DNA of 64,000 nt, taken from the NCBI GenBank assembly GCA_031554055.1, contig JAVBKL010000056.1, forward strand, positions 645 through 64,644, written 5' to 3'. Shown one piece after another: positions 49,923 through 60,424 of this stretch. This DNA comes from Eubacteriales bacterium (GTDB taxonomy: Bacteria; Bacillota; Clostridia; Lachnospirales; JAVBKL01). Made by a program: the position numbers and the translations under genes. Positions within the stretch are counted from its first letter, which is position 1; every line of letters starts with the position of its first letter. The notes below the pieces were generated by a model. The model made no database searches, was not told the origin of the DNA, and worked only from the letters and a program-made list of their open reading frames with translations.

Positions 49923-52900
49923 ATGAAATTGTTAAAGGTAAGTATTTTTAGTTTGTTCTGCTTTTTATTTGTTTTCAATCCGTTTACACGTGTCGCATTT
50001 GCTGATGACTCAACTACGAGCGATCGAGAGATTTCTTTTAGTGGTGGGGATGAAGATACTGTTTACGTTGACAGAATACTCCGTTATGCTTTTAAAGAAA
50101 TGGGTTACAACTTGAGTTTAAAACTCACGGGTACAGAGTCTGCAACAACCAGTGCAAACCTCGGGGTATCCGATGGGTTACTACACGCGCCAAAGGGTCT
50201 CGAAAATGAATACAAAAACCTTGTTATGGTGAATCAAGCTATTTCTTCCATGAGCTATGTGGTTTTTTCAAAAGATGGCAATGAAATCCCCATCAAAAAT
50301 TGGGATAAACTCGCAAATAAAAAGATTGGCTATGTGGTTGACGATCCCTACCTAAAAAGCCGCCTTCCTGCAAACTTGCAAGCAAGCATTCAGTACCCAG
50401 ACAAACCAACCATGTACCAGGCTATTTTAAATGGCGAAATTGATTTGGCGATCATCACACAGGCCTCCCAAGAAATCCTTGTTATGCCTGATGGCATCAT
50501 CTCAAACGGCGCAATCGAAATCCTACCCACATACCCATACTTGAATAAAAAAAATTCAAACCTTCTCCCACAGCTCGAAAAAGTGTTGACAACCATGAAC
50601 TACGAAGGCATTTTTCAAAAGATACGAGAAAACAAATTTGATTTAAATCAATCTAAAAATAAAATCATATTAACGATCTCATCTTTTAGTAGTGATGTGC
50701 TCTGGGAACGCAACTTGTTTGACGGCTTTCGGGTGCCTCTCGAAAATGGGATTCCCACCGAAGTTTTTAACTTTAGCATCAATGCCCTACATTTAAAGAC
50801 AGATTCAACGTACAAGAAAAACATTGCCAACATCATCCAAAGGAACTTTATAGACAAAGTACCCGATTTAATTATCGTTTCTGATGACGAAGCGTTTAAC
50901 TTTTTAAAAGAATATTACAGCACAACATTTGCAGGCATACCTGTCGTGTTTTGTTCGGTCAACAACTTTACACCAGAGAGCATTAAGGGTCTTGAAGACA
51001 CGTTTACAGGCGTTGCAGAAACCAGTGCGGCGGAGGAGACTGTTGACGAGATGTTAAGACTGTATCCCAAAACAAAAAAGATTTTTGTTGTGACCGACTA
51101 TACGCTGTCTGGCAAAGCTTGGCGGGGCGATATCGAAAATCAATTGTCGTCCTACAAAGACCGTGTGGACATCGAATACAATGATAACTTGCCTTTTAAT
51201 GAGCTGATTGAAAAAATTAAAACTTTACCTGACGACACGTTAATGCTCTGTGGCTTTTATTTGGTAGATGGTGCCAATAAATATCAGATTTTAGGTGAAA
51301 GCCAAAAAGCATTTGCGACCAACTTTAAGGGGGCAATCTTTGGGCTGTATTATCCAACCTATGGACAGGGACAGCTTGGCGGAAAATATTCTGTTGCGGG
51401 TGTTCAGGTTAAATATGTACGAGAAATCGCTTCAAAAATTTTAGAGGGTGTCCCTGTTTCAGACATCCCCGTCATCTATGATTGCAATAAAGACTATCCT
51501 TGGATATTTGATTATTTTAGTATGAAGAAGTTTGGCATAAAAGAAAGTCAACTGCCACCGAGCTCCCTTGTGGATAAAAAACCAAAGAGTTTGTTTGAAA
51601 CGTATCCATTAATCGTGATCACGGCAATCATCATCATGTCTTTAACCATCATAGGCTTTTTGGTGTTCTTTACTTATACACAACGAAGGAAAAACACTTT
51701 ATTGTTAACTGCACAGCAGAGCTTACATACTGCCCAAACAAAGATTGAGAAGGATAAAGTTGTCTTGCAGGCAAAAGAATTTAGAAACCAGATTTTAGAA
51801 ACAGCGCCAGTAGCTTTTGCCGTAATCAGCGATGGAATCGTAAGAGAAGCAAACGCTTACGCCGAGAGCACATGGGGGATTGCTATAGGCGATCAACTAG
51901 AAAAATGTTTTGCAGATAAAAATCAGTTAAATAGTATTTTACACAATTATAAAACAGCTAACAATTCCGACGGCGAAGTCGCAGAATTTATAATTACAAC
52001 AGGCGCCACACGAAGGTTTTTCATTACCATGTCAAGCCTGTTTTACGAAGGCAAGAATTGTGACGTTATGTGGGCAATCGACGTGGAAGACAACGAACAA
52101 CAACATAACTTACTCAAGAAACTGCAAGCCGATTTGCAAAGTGTGCTCGACTCGTTGCCTTTAGGCGTTTTAATAAGTAGTTTGAGCAACGCAAAGCCGA
52201 TTTATATGAACACCGCTTACTTAAAAATATTTAAGTTTAAGTCGCATGAGTTTGGGCTGAAATATAGCAAACTGGAACTTTCTCCAGAGTTTCAGCCAGA
52301 TGGTAACGCATCTGCACAGTTAATAAAATCATTTGTGTCGGACATTACTTCCAGAGATGAAACGATTTCTTACGAATGGCAATTTGCATTAAAAAATAAG
52401 AACGTACTCGAAACTAAAATTTACGACCGCAAGATTTTTTACAATGGAGAAGAAGCAATTGTTTCGATTATTCAGGATATAACAACCGATAAGCAACAAT
52501 CAGAAATGCTTTTACGCACAGCAGAAAAAGAACGTGAAGCCAACCAAATAAAAAGTCGATTTGTTATAAACATGAGCCACGAAATTCGTACCCCCATGAA
52601 CGCAGTCATTGGGCTATCGGAGATTGCTCTTATGAAAAACTTCAACAAGGAAGCCGATAACTCATTTAGAAAAATAAATACGTCTGCCAAAAATTTATTG
52701 AGCATCATCAATGATGTGCTAGACTTTTCAAAGATTGAAGCCAAAAAGCTTGAGCTGTTCGAGGAAGAATTTGTTTTAGAAGAAACCCTAGCCAATGCTT
52801 CCCTGATGGCATCGCAAAGAATCGGAGCCAAGCAGGTAGAAATGCTTTTACAGCTTGACGTATCTATTCCGAGTGTTTTATACGGCGACAAAACAAGGCT

Positions 52901-54461
52901 CTGGCAAATACTCAAGAACTTGCTCGATAATTCCGCCAAGTTTACCAATCAGGGGCATATCGTTTTAAGTGCAACCCATAACCCCGCTTTAACAACTGGT
53001 GGAAAAACGCTAATCACTTTTACGGTTATGGACACAGGATTTGGCATGAGCCAAGAGCAACTTGACAAGCTTTATGTGCCGTTTGAGCAGTTCCACCGAA
53101 GTCTTGCAAACACATCAACAGGCACAGGACTTGGCATGACCATAACAAAACAATTGGTTGAATTGATGGGCGGAACTTTAAAAGTCGAAAGCCAAACAGG
53201 TGTTGGTACAACAACAACCGTCATCATTCCTCTAAAAGCTGCCACCAAAGACGGACTCCTAAAAGATGCCCTCGTTAAAGATTCTTTAAAAGGGAAACGA
53301 GTTTTGGTTGCGGATGATGACCCAATTTCACTCGAGATCATGGACTATCTTATGAAATCAGTGGAAATTATTCCGACTTGCGTGGCACGCGGGACAGAGG
53401 CAATTGCTTTGGCTAAGCAGGCCGAACGTGACAATAAACCGTATGATATTATTTTGCTGGATTATAAAATGGATGGGCTAAATGGAATTGAAGTTTCAAG
53501 ACAACTGAAAAATGCAGTTTCCGATAACAACGCAAAAATATTAATGGTTTCCGCCTACTCCAGTCAGCTCGTATCAGGGAATAGTGCAAAGGTCGATTTT
53601 GACGAAATCATTGAAAAGCCGTATTCCCCAACCGAATTTATTCAAAAGCTGTACAATGCTTTGTTTGTCAAGAAAGCCACGTTAAAAGCTACCACACAAA
53701 CGAGATTTGATGATGCAGCGGTTTTAGTTGTGGAAGACAACATCATTAACCAAGAAGTTGCTGAAAGTATGCTTGAAATATTTGGCATTAAACCAGTGAT
53801 GGCAAATAACGGCCAAGAGGCTTTAGACATTCTCGAGAAGCAACCGTTCCAGTTAATCTTAATGGATTTGCTCATGCCTGTTATGAATGGCCACGAGGCA
53901 ACCAAAACGATTCGCCAGTCTGATAAGCCCTATAAAAATGTGCCGATTGTTGCCATGACAGCCAACGTGGTAAAGGAAGAAATAGATGCTTGTATGGCCG
54001 AAGGAATGAACGGACATATCGGCAAACCTGTTGACATCAATGTTTTAGGCGTTCACTTGAGCAAGTGGCTTACCGCTTCCAAAGAGGCCCCACCAGAACC
54101 AACACGCATCGCAGACGATAAGAAAGAGGTAACTGGCATAGACTTTGACTCTGGTGTTGCCCGCTTCGCCGGTAAAAAAGATCGGTACATAAAAGTCCTA
54201 ATCGCTTTTGCAAAACAGTTTCCAGAACAAATTATGCCATTTGAAGAGGCAGTCAACGAAGAGAACCTAAAACAAACGGCGGCTCTTGTGCATAATATCA
54301 AAGGCACCGCCGGAAACCTAAGCATTATCAACCTGTATGAGGCTGCCATTGCCTTTGAAAACACCATCAGGAGCAACCAGCCGGACAAAGACTTATATAA
54401 CGAATTGTTTGCGTGTTACACGCAGGTTCATAATGAAATATTGGAAGTTTATGAAAATTAA
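49923..54461 (+). CDS. Hybrid sensor histidine kinase (third paralog; 2 REC, Hpt)
   Basis: MSHEIRTPMNAVIG, NSAKFT, GTGLGM, HNIKGTAGNL. Likely start is ATG 49923. Confidence 0.92.
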   Translation: MKLLKVSIFSLFCFLFVFNPFTRVAFADDSTTSDREISFSGGDEDTVYVDRILRYAFKEMGYNLSLKLTGTESATTSANLGVSDGLLHAPKGLENEYKNLVMVNQAISSMSYVVFSKDGNEIPIKNWDKLANKKIGYVVDDPYLKSRLPANLQASIQYPDKPTMYQAILNGEIDLAIITQASQEILVMPDGIISNGAIEILPTYPYLNKKNSNLLPQLEKVLTTMNYEGIFQKIRENKFDLNQSKNKIILTISSFSSDVLWERNLFDGFRVPLENGIPTEVFNFSINALHLKTDSTYKKNIANIIQRNFIDKVPDLIIVSDDEAFNFLKEYYSTTFAGIPVVFCSVNNFTPESIKGLEDTFTGVAETSAAEETVDEMLRLYPKTKKIFVVTDYTLSGKAWRGDIENQLSSYKDRVDIEYNDNLPFNELIEKIKTLPDDTLMLCGFYLVDGANKYQILGESQKAFATNFKGAIFGLYYPTYGQGQLGGKYSVAGVQVKYVREIASKILEGVPVSDIPVIYDCNKDYPWIFDYFSMKKFGIKESQLPPSSLVDKKPKSLFETYPLIVITAIIIMSLTIIGFLVFFTYTQRRKNTLLLTAQQSLHTAQTKIEKDKVVLQAKEFRNQILETAPVAFAVISDGIVREANAYAESTWGIAIGDQLEKCFADKNQLNSILHNYKTANNSDGEVAEFIITTGATRRFFITMSSLFYEGKNCDVMWAIDVEDNEQQHNLLKKLQADLQSVLDSLPLGVLISSLSNAKPIYMNTAYLKIFKFKSHEFGLKYSKLELSPEFQPDGNASAQLIKSFVSDITSRDETISYEWQFALKNKNVLETKIYDRKIFYNGEEAIVSIIQDITTDKQQSEMLLRTAEKEREANQIKSRFVINMSHEIRTPMNAVIGLSEIALMKNFNKEADNSFRKINTSAKNLLSIINDVLDFSKIEAKKLELFEEEFVLEETLANASLMASQRIGAKQVEMLLQLDVSIPSVLYGDKTRLWQILKNLLDNSAKFTNQGHIVLSATHNPALTTGGKTLITFTVMDTGFGMSQEQLDKLYVPFEQFHRSLANTSTGTGLGMTITKQLVELMGGTLKVESQTGVGTTTTVIIPLKAATKDGLLKDALVKDSLKGKRVLVADDDPISLEIMDYLMKSVEIIPTCVARGTEAIALAKQAERDNKPYDIILLDYKMDGLNGIEVSRQLKNAVSDNNAKILMVSAYSSQLVSGNSAKVDFDEIIEKPYSPTEFIQKLYNALFVKKATLKATTQTRFDDAAVLVVEDNIINQEVAESMLEIFGIKPVMANNGQEALDILEKQPFQLILMDLLMPVMNGHEATKTIRQSDKPYKNVPIVAMTANVVKEEIDACMAEGMNGHIGKPVDINVLGVHLSKWLTASKEAPPEPTRIADDKKEVTGIDFDSGVARFAGKKDRYIKVLIAFAKQFPEQIMPFEEAVNEENLKQTAALVHNIKGTAGNLSIINLYEAAIAFENTIRSNQPDKDLYNELFACYTQVHNEILEVYEN

Positions 54462-54471
54462 ATCGTGCAAC

Positions 54472-54506
54472 AAAAAAGGAGTTGACCACAGGTCAGCTCC
54501 TTTTTT
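54472..54506. terminator. Bidirectional terminator
   Basis: AAAAAAGGAGTTGACC aca GGTCAGCTCCTTTTTT. Confidence 0.8.
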
Positions 54507-54510
54507 GTAT

Positions 54511-55857
54511 CTATTTGTAAATATCCAGCAAAACACCTTTAAACTGTATCTGCATCTCTTTAAAGCTGTTGTAAGCATCAGAACCTGGTGTGTTATACGT
54601 CTGCCCCATAACGCCCCGCAGATTAATGTCCTCAACAAATTTAGTTGGATTCTCCTGTATTTTTGAATTTATATCCAAGAGCTTCGAAACAAATGAGTTT
54701 TTATCTTCGTTACTTTTATTGAAAAAGCTTTTCAGTAAATCAGCATAGCCTTCATCTTGTGCCCGACTTGCATCGAACTCCAAATAGCCTGATACGTTTT
54801 GTGTAATACCCAACTTTTTTAACGCTTCCGAGTTTTCTGAAACAATACTCGAAAATTGATTCGCTAGCCCTTCGAGAAGCCTGTCGCCGTTACGGTTGGC
54901 ATTGACCGAACCAAAGAGCTTGTTATAGGAATTTACAATTTCGTTCGTATGTTGTGCCAAGTTGCTGTCATCAAATTGCTTTTCTGTTCCTATTATTACG
55001 TTGTCTGACGTTGTTTTGTTCAGTTGCATGGTAACTCCGTTATGAGAAATTGTATTGCTACTTGATTGCACAATTTCCCCGATATTAAAGCGGTAGACCG
55101 CATCTTTAGATTTTTCAGTCGTTGTTGTGATGCCAGCAATTGATGCTGCTTGCCCAGAAACATCTGACACTGTGAAAAGGTCGCTGCCATCTTGTGTTGC
55201 TCCTATTTTGTCCGATAGAAGTCTCAAACTGGTTTCTTGCGTTGAGCTATTGTATTTGACTTCGGCCGAAACACCAAGCTTCATGTCATTTATTGTTTTT
55301 GCCATCTTTTGTAGAATGGACAAGTTGTTGTCTGATTCAGTTGTAGAAAAAGCAAGACTGTAATTTGAACCGCCAACATTGATTCTAAATTCCTGTTCGG
55401 ACGCAGCACCAAAATCATTACCCAATACCGATAGATTGCCACCCCTGTTTATTTGACCAGATGCCAATTGATCTACCTTTATGTTCATCGATCCAAGCGT
55501 TGCATCAGAGGTTGTCGATTTAATCGTGATTGCCGATGAATTTGATATTGAATTATTGCTGATCAAAATGGAGTCTTTTCCCGAGGTGCCAGAAAAATCT
55601 TTCAAAAGATTGGACATATCGTTGCCATACGTCTTTGCATTGGTCAAAAAACCTTGCACAGACGCATCAACTTGCCCACTTTGATTTCCTTCAGGATAGT
55701 CGTCGAGACTTGTCGATTCAGTTGTAAAAGAAAAGCCGCTGATCGCATCCGTGCCAATAAACGCAACCATATCCTCTGGGTCACTCGAAACAGGCGTGCT
55801 CCCGCTACCAAACCGGGACTGAATATAACTTTTATCGTTGGTGATTATCATACACAT
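54511..55857 (-). CDS. Flagellar cap FliD-like protein
   Basis: IKVDQLASGQIN, SSSNTI..GVTMQL, VNSYNKL, LKKLGIT...GYLEFD; SigD promoter upstream. Confidence 0.7.
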   Translation of the reverse strand: MCMIITNDKSYIQSRFGSGSTPVSSDPEDMVAFIGTDAISGFSFTTESTSLDDYPEGNQSGQVDASVQGFLTNAKTYGNDMSNLLKDFSGTSGKDSILISNNSISNSSAITIKSTTSDATLGSMNIKVDQLASGQINRGGNLSVLGNDFGAASEQEFRINVGGSNYSLAFSTTESDNNLSILQKMAKTINDMKLGVSAEVKYNSSTQETSLRLLSDKIGATQDGSDLFTVSDVSGQAASIAGITTTTEKSKDAVYRFNIGEIVQSSSNTISHNGVTMQLNKTTSDNVIIGTEKQFDDSNLAQHTNEIVNSYNKLFGSVNANRNGDRLLEGLANQFSSIVSENSEALKKLGITQNVSGYLEFDASRAQDEGYADLLKSFFNKSNEDKNSFVSKLLDINSKIQENPTKFVEDINLRGVMGQTYNTPGSDAYNSFKEMQIQFKGVLLDIYK

Positions 55858-55884
55858 ACCTCCTTGTACTTGATTATATAAGTA

Positions 55885-55912
55885 CTATCGGCAAATAATA
55901 CCAAAAGGTTTA
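55885..55912 (-). promoter_or_regulatory. SigD (sigma-28) promoter
   Basis: TAAA, 16-nt spacer, GCCGATAG upstream of the fliD-like gene. Confidence 0.75.
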
Positions 55913-55927
55913 TAGGTATTCTACAAA

Positions 55928-57739
55928 TTAAAACGTCTTGGCTGTATCAAAATTAATTGTATTCGTTTCCGCATTGTACGTTATTTTAAAACCCAATTGC
56001 CCTGCAAGGTATCTTACCGGAAAAAAATATTCGTTCATGATTTGATAGGCGTTCGTTTCGGCATTATAATCCAGATCATCAATCTTTGAATAAACCTTGT
56101 TAGCCATTACCCATTTCTTACTTACAGGGGCTAATTCCCCACCAATAGGCTTATAACTTTGCCCCATTATATAGGTTCTTCCATCTTTTAATACGTTTAA
56201 TTCGAGTTCTGTATCTTTAAGCGCGAATGCCACATCCCTCAACCTTACATGGTTTTCGTTTTCAATATTATACGCTGGCAACTCCAGTGCCTTGCCATTT
56301 ACATATATTTTATTATTTGAGGGAACTGCTTTTACCAGCACCTTTGAGTCTTTTGTTTCTTGATAGTTCACCTTGATGACATTTATCTCCGCATAAGTTT
56401 TAGCATAATAATTATTCGTGTAAATTGTTAAATCCTCGTTTCTAGTAAATACTAAATCGTCAATTTCTGTTACAGAATTCGGAATAATAACCTTTTTTAT
56501 CTTAGGGCAATAATCAAAAGCAATGTATCCAATTTTTGTAACAGTATTGGGAAGCGTAATATCCCCCAGATTGCTACAGCCATAAAATGCAGCACGGCCT
56601 ATTTCTTTTAACCCATGCGGAAATGTAACACCACTAACCTTTTTACAGTCAAAAAATGATCTTGTTTCGATAATGAGCGTGCCGCTCGGAATAACAAGAT
56701 TCTTTGATACTTTACCGTCAGGGCATACCAAAAGTTTATCTCCAGCTTTATTGTATAAAATCCCCTCTACGCTTTTGTATGCAGTATTATTTTTGTCAAC
56801 CAAAATTTCTGTCAAGCTATCACAATTATCTAGTGCGTCTTCATAAATCAATTTCACATTTGGTCCGAAACTGATTGACTTAAGGCTAATGCAACCATAA
56901 AAGAGAGAAGGCTCAATCTTCGTAATCGACTGCGGAATCTGAATGGATTCAAGAGATGTACAATCATCGAATGCACCGTTCTCCATTGATTTGATGTCGT
57001 TATGTGTCACGACATCCTTGAGTTTACTGCTTTGTGAAAAAGCATATTCGCGAATAGCTGTGATTTTCTTTGGTATTGTATAGCTTGATTCTACACGTCC
57101 CATCGGGTAAAGCAACAATTCAGTTTTAGCTTTGTTTGTGAGAACGCCATTGTCTTCACTAAATGTTGGATTTGCCTGGGGAACCAATATCTTCTTGAAA
57201 TTGATACAACCCTGAAACACAAACGACCCGACAATTTTTGTATTTGGGGAAAGTGTAATCGAATTAAGATTGTCGCAACTCTCAAATGCATAGTTGGCAA
57301 TTTTTTCAATTTCATTCGGAACAATATAATTTTCAATCTGCTGTGCTGGCATGCAGGCAATAATTTCATGCGTAACGGTGTTTATTAATATGCCATCTTT
57401 GAAAGTAAATATTTTGTTTCGGCTATCTATTTTAATTTCTTTAAGAGCCTTGCATCCTTTAAAGGCTCCCTCTTCAATTGTTGTGACCGACTCTGGAATT
57501 GTGATTGATTCGGGAACTGTGTCAAGCTGGTATTCATATCTCTCGAACGCAAATCTTCCTATCTCAGTTATGCCTTCTGGAATGATAACTTCTTTTTCAT
57601 CGCCATCATATTTTAAGAACTTAGTTCCATTGATGTTCATACTTGGTTCGGCAAAAACGTTGCATTGAACATTTGAAATGAGCAAAGTGAAAATCAGAAA
57701 AAATAGTATTCGCTTTCCAAAAAAAAGTTTGTTGTCCAT
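55928..57739 (-). CDS. BspA-type leucine-rich repeat surface protein with C-terminal stalk-like domain
   Basis: Signal peptide; many I..AF..C..L..I.IP..VT repeats; RLRDVAFAL and PVRYLAGQLGF. Confidence 0.88.
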   Translation of the reverse strand: MDNKLFFGKRILFFLIFTLLISNVQCNVFAEPSMNINGTKFLKYDGDEKEVIIPEGITEIGRFAFERYEYQLDTVPESITIPESVTTIEEGAFKGCKALKEIKIDSRNKIFTFKDGILINTVTHEIIACMPAQQIENYIVPNEIEKIANYAFESCDNLNSITLSPNTKIVGSFVFQGCINFKKILVPQANPTFSEDNGVLTNKAKTELLLYPMGRVESSYTIPKKITAIREYAFSQSSKLKDVVTHNDIKSMENGAFDDCTSLESIQIPQSITKIEPSLFYGCISLKSISFGPNVKLIYEDALDNCDSLTEILVDKNNTAYKSVEGILYNKAGDKLLVCPDGKVSKNLVIPSGTLIIETRSFFDCKKVSGVTFPHGLKEIGRAAFYGCSNLGDITLPNTVTKIGYIAFDYCPKIKKVIIPNSVTEIDDLVFTRNEDLTIYTNNYYAKTYAEINVIKVNYQETKDSKVLVKAVPSNNKIYVNGKALELPAYNIENENHVRLRDVAFALKDTELELNVLKDGRTYIMGQSYKPIGGELAPVSKKWVMANKVYSKIDDLDYNAETNAYQIMNEYFFPVRYLAGQLGFKITYNAETNTINFDTAKTF

Positions 57740-57853
57740 GTGTTCTCTCCTCGTTTAAATAGTTTTCAAAATATTTTCCTGATGCTCATTATAACAAAAA
57801 GCACAAAAAAAAGAAAGTCATTATAGCATTTCTGCTAACGCTCTCTCTTTGGG

Positions 57854-58462
57854 CTATACCATATAATCTTCTTTACTAAGTTGTCTTAGACCAACTGCAA
57901 CAACCACCGTTGTTATTGCTACAGCAAATACAATCTCAAAAATATACCCCGCAAATCGCCATGCTTCAAAAAAGTCACCCACCCTCGAGGCTCCATACCA
58001 ATTTATAATAAATCTCACCTTATACAAGTATATGACACCTAGCAAACCTAAATATACCATGGCAAAAATACCGTAACACAGTAACTTTGATTTTAAATGA
58101 CGCACCAACCATATCGCTGTTGCCGCCATCGCACTGACAGCTACACTTATCGCAAGCCAGCTAATAAGGCCAATTAAATTTGACATATGTGATTCGGTTT
58201 GCACAATCAATAGATTAAATGCGAAAATAAATGCATAGTAGGTAAAATTGGCAATAGTCAGCATAAAACTACTTAAAAGAAAGCTTTTGACCCAATTTTT
58301 AGCGTATACCCATGCTACGATTAAAGCCCCCAGAATATAACCAATGTGATTGCCTATAATCGTTAACCCTGTAAATTGTCTGATTCCATTTGGTATTTGT
58401 CCTACAATTATGGAAATGACACCCAACAACAGCCCCATAATGATTGGTAAGTATTTACGCAT
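57854..58462 (-). CDS. Hypothetical integral membrane protein
   Basis: About six hydrophobic helices; GGGAG RBS. Confidence 0.7.
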   Translation of the reverse strand: MRKYLPIIMGLLLGVISIIVGQIPNGIRQFTGLTIIGNHIGYILGALIVAWVYAKNWVKSFLLSSFMLTIANFTYYAFIFAFNLLIVQTESHMSNLIGLISWLAISVAVSAMAATAIWLVRHLKSKLLCYGIFAMVYLGLLGVIYLYKVRFIINWYGASRVGDFFEAWRFAGYIFEIVFAVAITTVVVAVGLRQLSKEDYMV

Positions 58463-58635
58463 TTAAATTCTCCCTTGACTTGACCATTCTGTTCCATGTA
58501 AGTCTAAAATCTCTACTGTTTTTTTCAAATTCTCATTATTTGGCATGACACATAAAAGCAAGCACAATAATTTGCAAGTTATAAAAAAGAACCCATCGCA
58601 TCTCTGCCAAAGGTTCTCTTCGCTGCTACAATTCA

Positions 58636-58689
58636 GCCCGAACCGGACTCGAACCGGTACAGGTTGCCCCTGAAGGATTTTAAGTCCTT
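58636..58689 (-). repeat. Degenerate duplicate of the 3' half of tRNA-Leu (att site)
   Basis: GCCCGAACCGGACTCGAACCGGTACAGGTTGCCCCTGAAGGATTTTAAGTCCTT nearly matches 63115-63170. Confidence 0.9.
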
Positions 58690-58784
58690 GCATAACATTT
58701 TAACAAATCCTATGAAATCAACATCTATTGCACTTGATTATATCTTTTTAATTTAATAATGCCCATTTTATGCCATAACAAAAA

Positions 58785-59270
58785 CTACTTATTAAAATCA
58801 TTTGCTATATAAATTCTTCCACATGCCAAGCCTATAATTGGTCTTGGGTTATCATTTTCTTTGAAATATATCTTGTCATTCTTCGTATCAATATAATAAT
58901 TGAAATACTCTAAAACATTTAAGCCCAATACCTCTTGGTTGATATTAATATCAACAGGAATTAGAACTTTTACATTGGTCATCACTTTATCCATTATTTT
59001 TAAGGCTGGTATTTCTACTAAATCCGCAAGTTCGTTACCAGTAAAACCATGTAGATTTACTCTGTCTTTAGGTAAGATGTCATATTTATACTTAATTGCA
59101 GTTCTCCTTGAAATAACTGTGATATATGCCCCTGTGTCTAATATAAAGTCAATATATTCATCTCTTTTTGTGCCTTCTCTTATAATAGGTATTTGTATAT
59201 AGAAATGTCCTTCATCTCTTCTTAGTTCACTAAAATTGCTATCGTCCAAACTAACTGTAAAAATACTCAT
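58785..59270 (-). CDS. Retropepsin-like (clan AA) aspartic protease
   Basis: FILDTGAYITVI and VLGLNVL. Confidence 0.85.
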   Translation of the reverse strand: MSIFTVSLDDSNFSELRRDEGHFYIQIPIIREGTKRDEYIDFILDTGAYITVISRRTAIKYKYDILPKDRVNLHGFTGNELADLVEIPALKIMDKVMTNVKVLIPVDININQEVLGLNVLEYFNYYIDTKNDKIYFKENDNPRPIIGLACGRIYIANDFNK

Positions 59271-59278
59271 AGGTTATT

Positions 59279-59581
59279 CTACCTCGTTATCTTCTTACTC
59301 AATACAGATATAAAATTCATATTGTTAATTAAAGTGTGGGAATATCCTGAACCATATCTATCGTCTTCATATTCATTATATATGCCATCTTCTACACCCT
59401 CAAATGGGGCATCGCCAACAACGACTGGTATACCTTGCAAAAATTTACTATTCCTTGTAAATTCAGCATTTACAATATACACCCATTTGCCGTAGTACTT
59501 TTCATCTATTTCTTCAGCCAACATTATTTTTGGATTTTCTATTATCTCATACATGCCTCTCAACTCCTTGCTTGTTATCAA
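59279..59581 (-). CDS. Small acidic hypothetical protein paired with the retropepsin
   Basis: EEIDEKYYGKWVYI (DUF5678-like pattern). Start may be ATG 59554. Confidence 0.6.
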   Translation of the reverse strand: MITSKELRGMYEIIENPKIMLAEEIDEKYYGKWVYIVNAEFTRNSKFLQGIPVVVGDAPFEGVEDGIYNEYEDDRYGSGYSHTLINNMNFISVLSKKITR

Positions 59582-59729
59582 TTAAATACTAACAGAGTCT
59601 ATTATCATTATATCACAAAAGCAAGGCAAGAAACAAACTTTTTGCCTTGCTTACAAATTATTTCATTATTCTTATTCTTTCCATGTCTTCTCTAGCTGAA
59701 TCAATCGAATAATTAAATCTTCCTACATA

Positions 59730-59970
59730 GGGTTTACTCAAAAAGACGAAATTTGCAAGTGGGAGACAAGAAGGTATCAAGAGTCCGAATAGCAAGCGAT
59801 ACAAAAAACCCTTAATTGTTTATTAATGTTCATGCAGAAAATGCCCATATCTAGTCTTGCCTTCTCCAAATTTTCCATAAACTGAGTTTCTTTGCGCAGA
59901 ATCGTTTCTCTGTTGCTTCAAAATGAAAGAATTAGTTTCTTTTGTTGGACGACCAAGTCTTGGACCACTG
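59730..59970 (-). pseudogene. IS5-family transposase C-terminal remnant
   Basis: Manual translation SGPRLGRPTK...RNSVYGKFGEGKTRYG, similar to the IS5 GRP...RNxIEGKFGxGKRRYG motif. Confidence 0.7.
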
Positions 59971-60053
59971 TGGCAAATGTTATTTTAATTAAATCATGTT
60001 GCTCTCTTTAATCAGACGAAATTCTGGTGCGGGATCAGTAAGTAATCAATTTG

Positions 60054-60356
60054 CTAAACGCAACTATAAATTTCAACCATTCGACTATCATTAGGATTAT
60101 ATTTCGGTCTATCACCTTGAAAAATGTTTGCTGTAACAACTACTTCTACCATTTTATCTACTGTATATAGTTTCCATCCTTCTGGGTTTCCCGAAGAACT
60201 AGCACCCCCAATTTGAAATGCACATAGAACATCGTTATTTTTTGAATTGCGTCCATAGCAAAAGGGCTCAACAATTCTTTCGTCCCCATCATAGTCAAAT
60301 CTAATAATCCTTTTGCCCTTTATAGCTTCAGTAATAGCTGTATTCATTCCACACAA
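60054..60356 (-). CDS. Stand-alone WYL-domain protein
   Basis: AIKGKRIIRFDY...RIVEPF...GWKLYTVDKM. Confidence 0.75.
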   Translation of the reverse strand: MCGMNTAITEAIKGKRIIRFDYDGDERIVEPFCYGRNSKNNDVLCAFQIGGASSSGNPEGWKLYTVDKMVEVVVTANIFQGDRPKYNPNDSRMVEIYSCV

Positions 60357-60424
60357 CCTTTCAACTTTGTTTTTTGCAATTAATTAAACCAAGTAATTCG
60401 CTACTTAATTTCTAACAGACATCC

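Noticed and set aside
58463-58693. 76-aa ORF or second functional tRNA
   Set aside because: It overlaps the att duplicate, which lacks the 5' acceptor strand and D-arm and carries indels.
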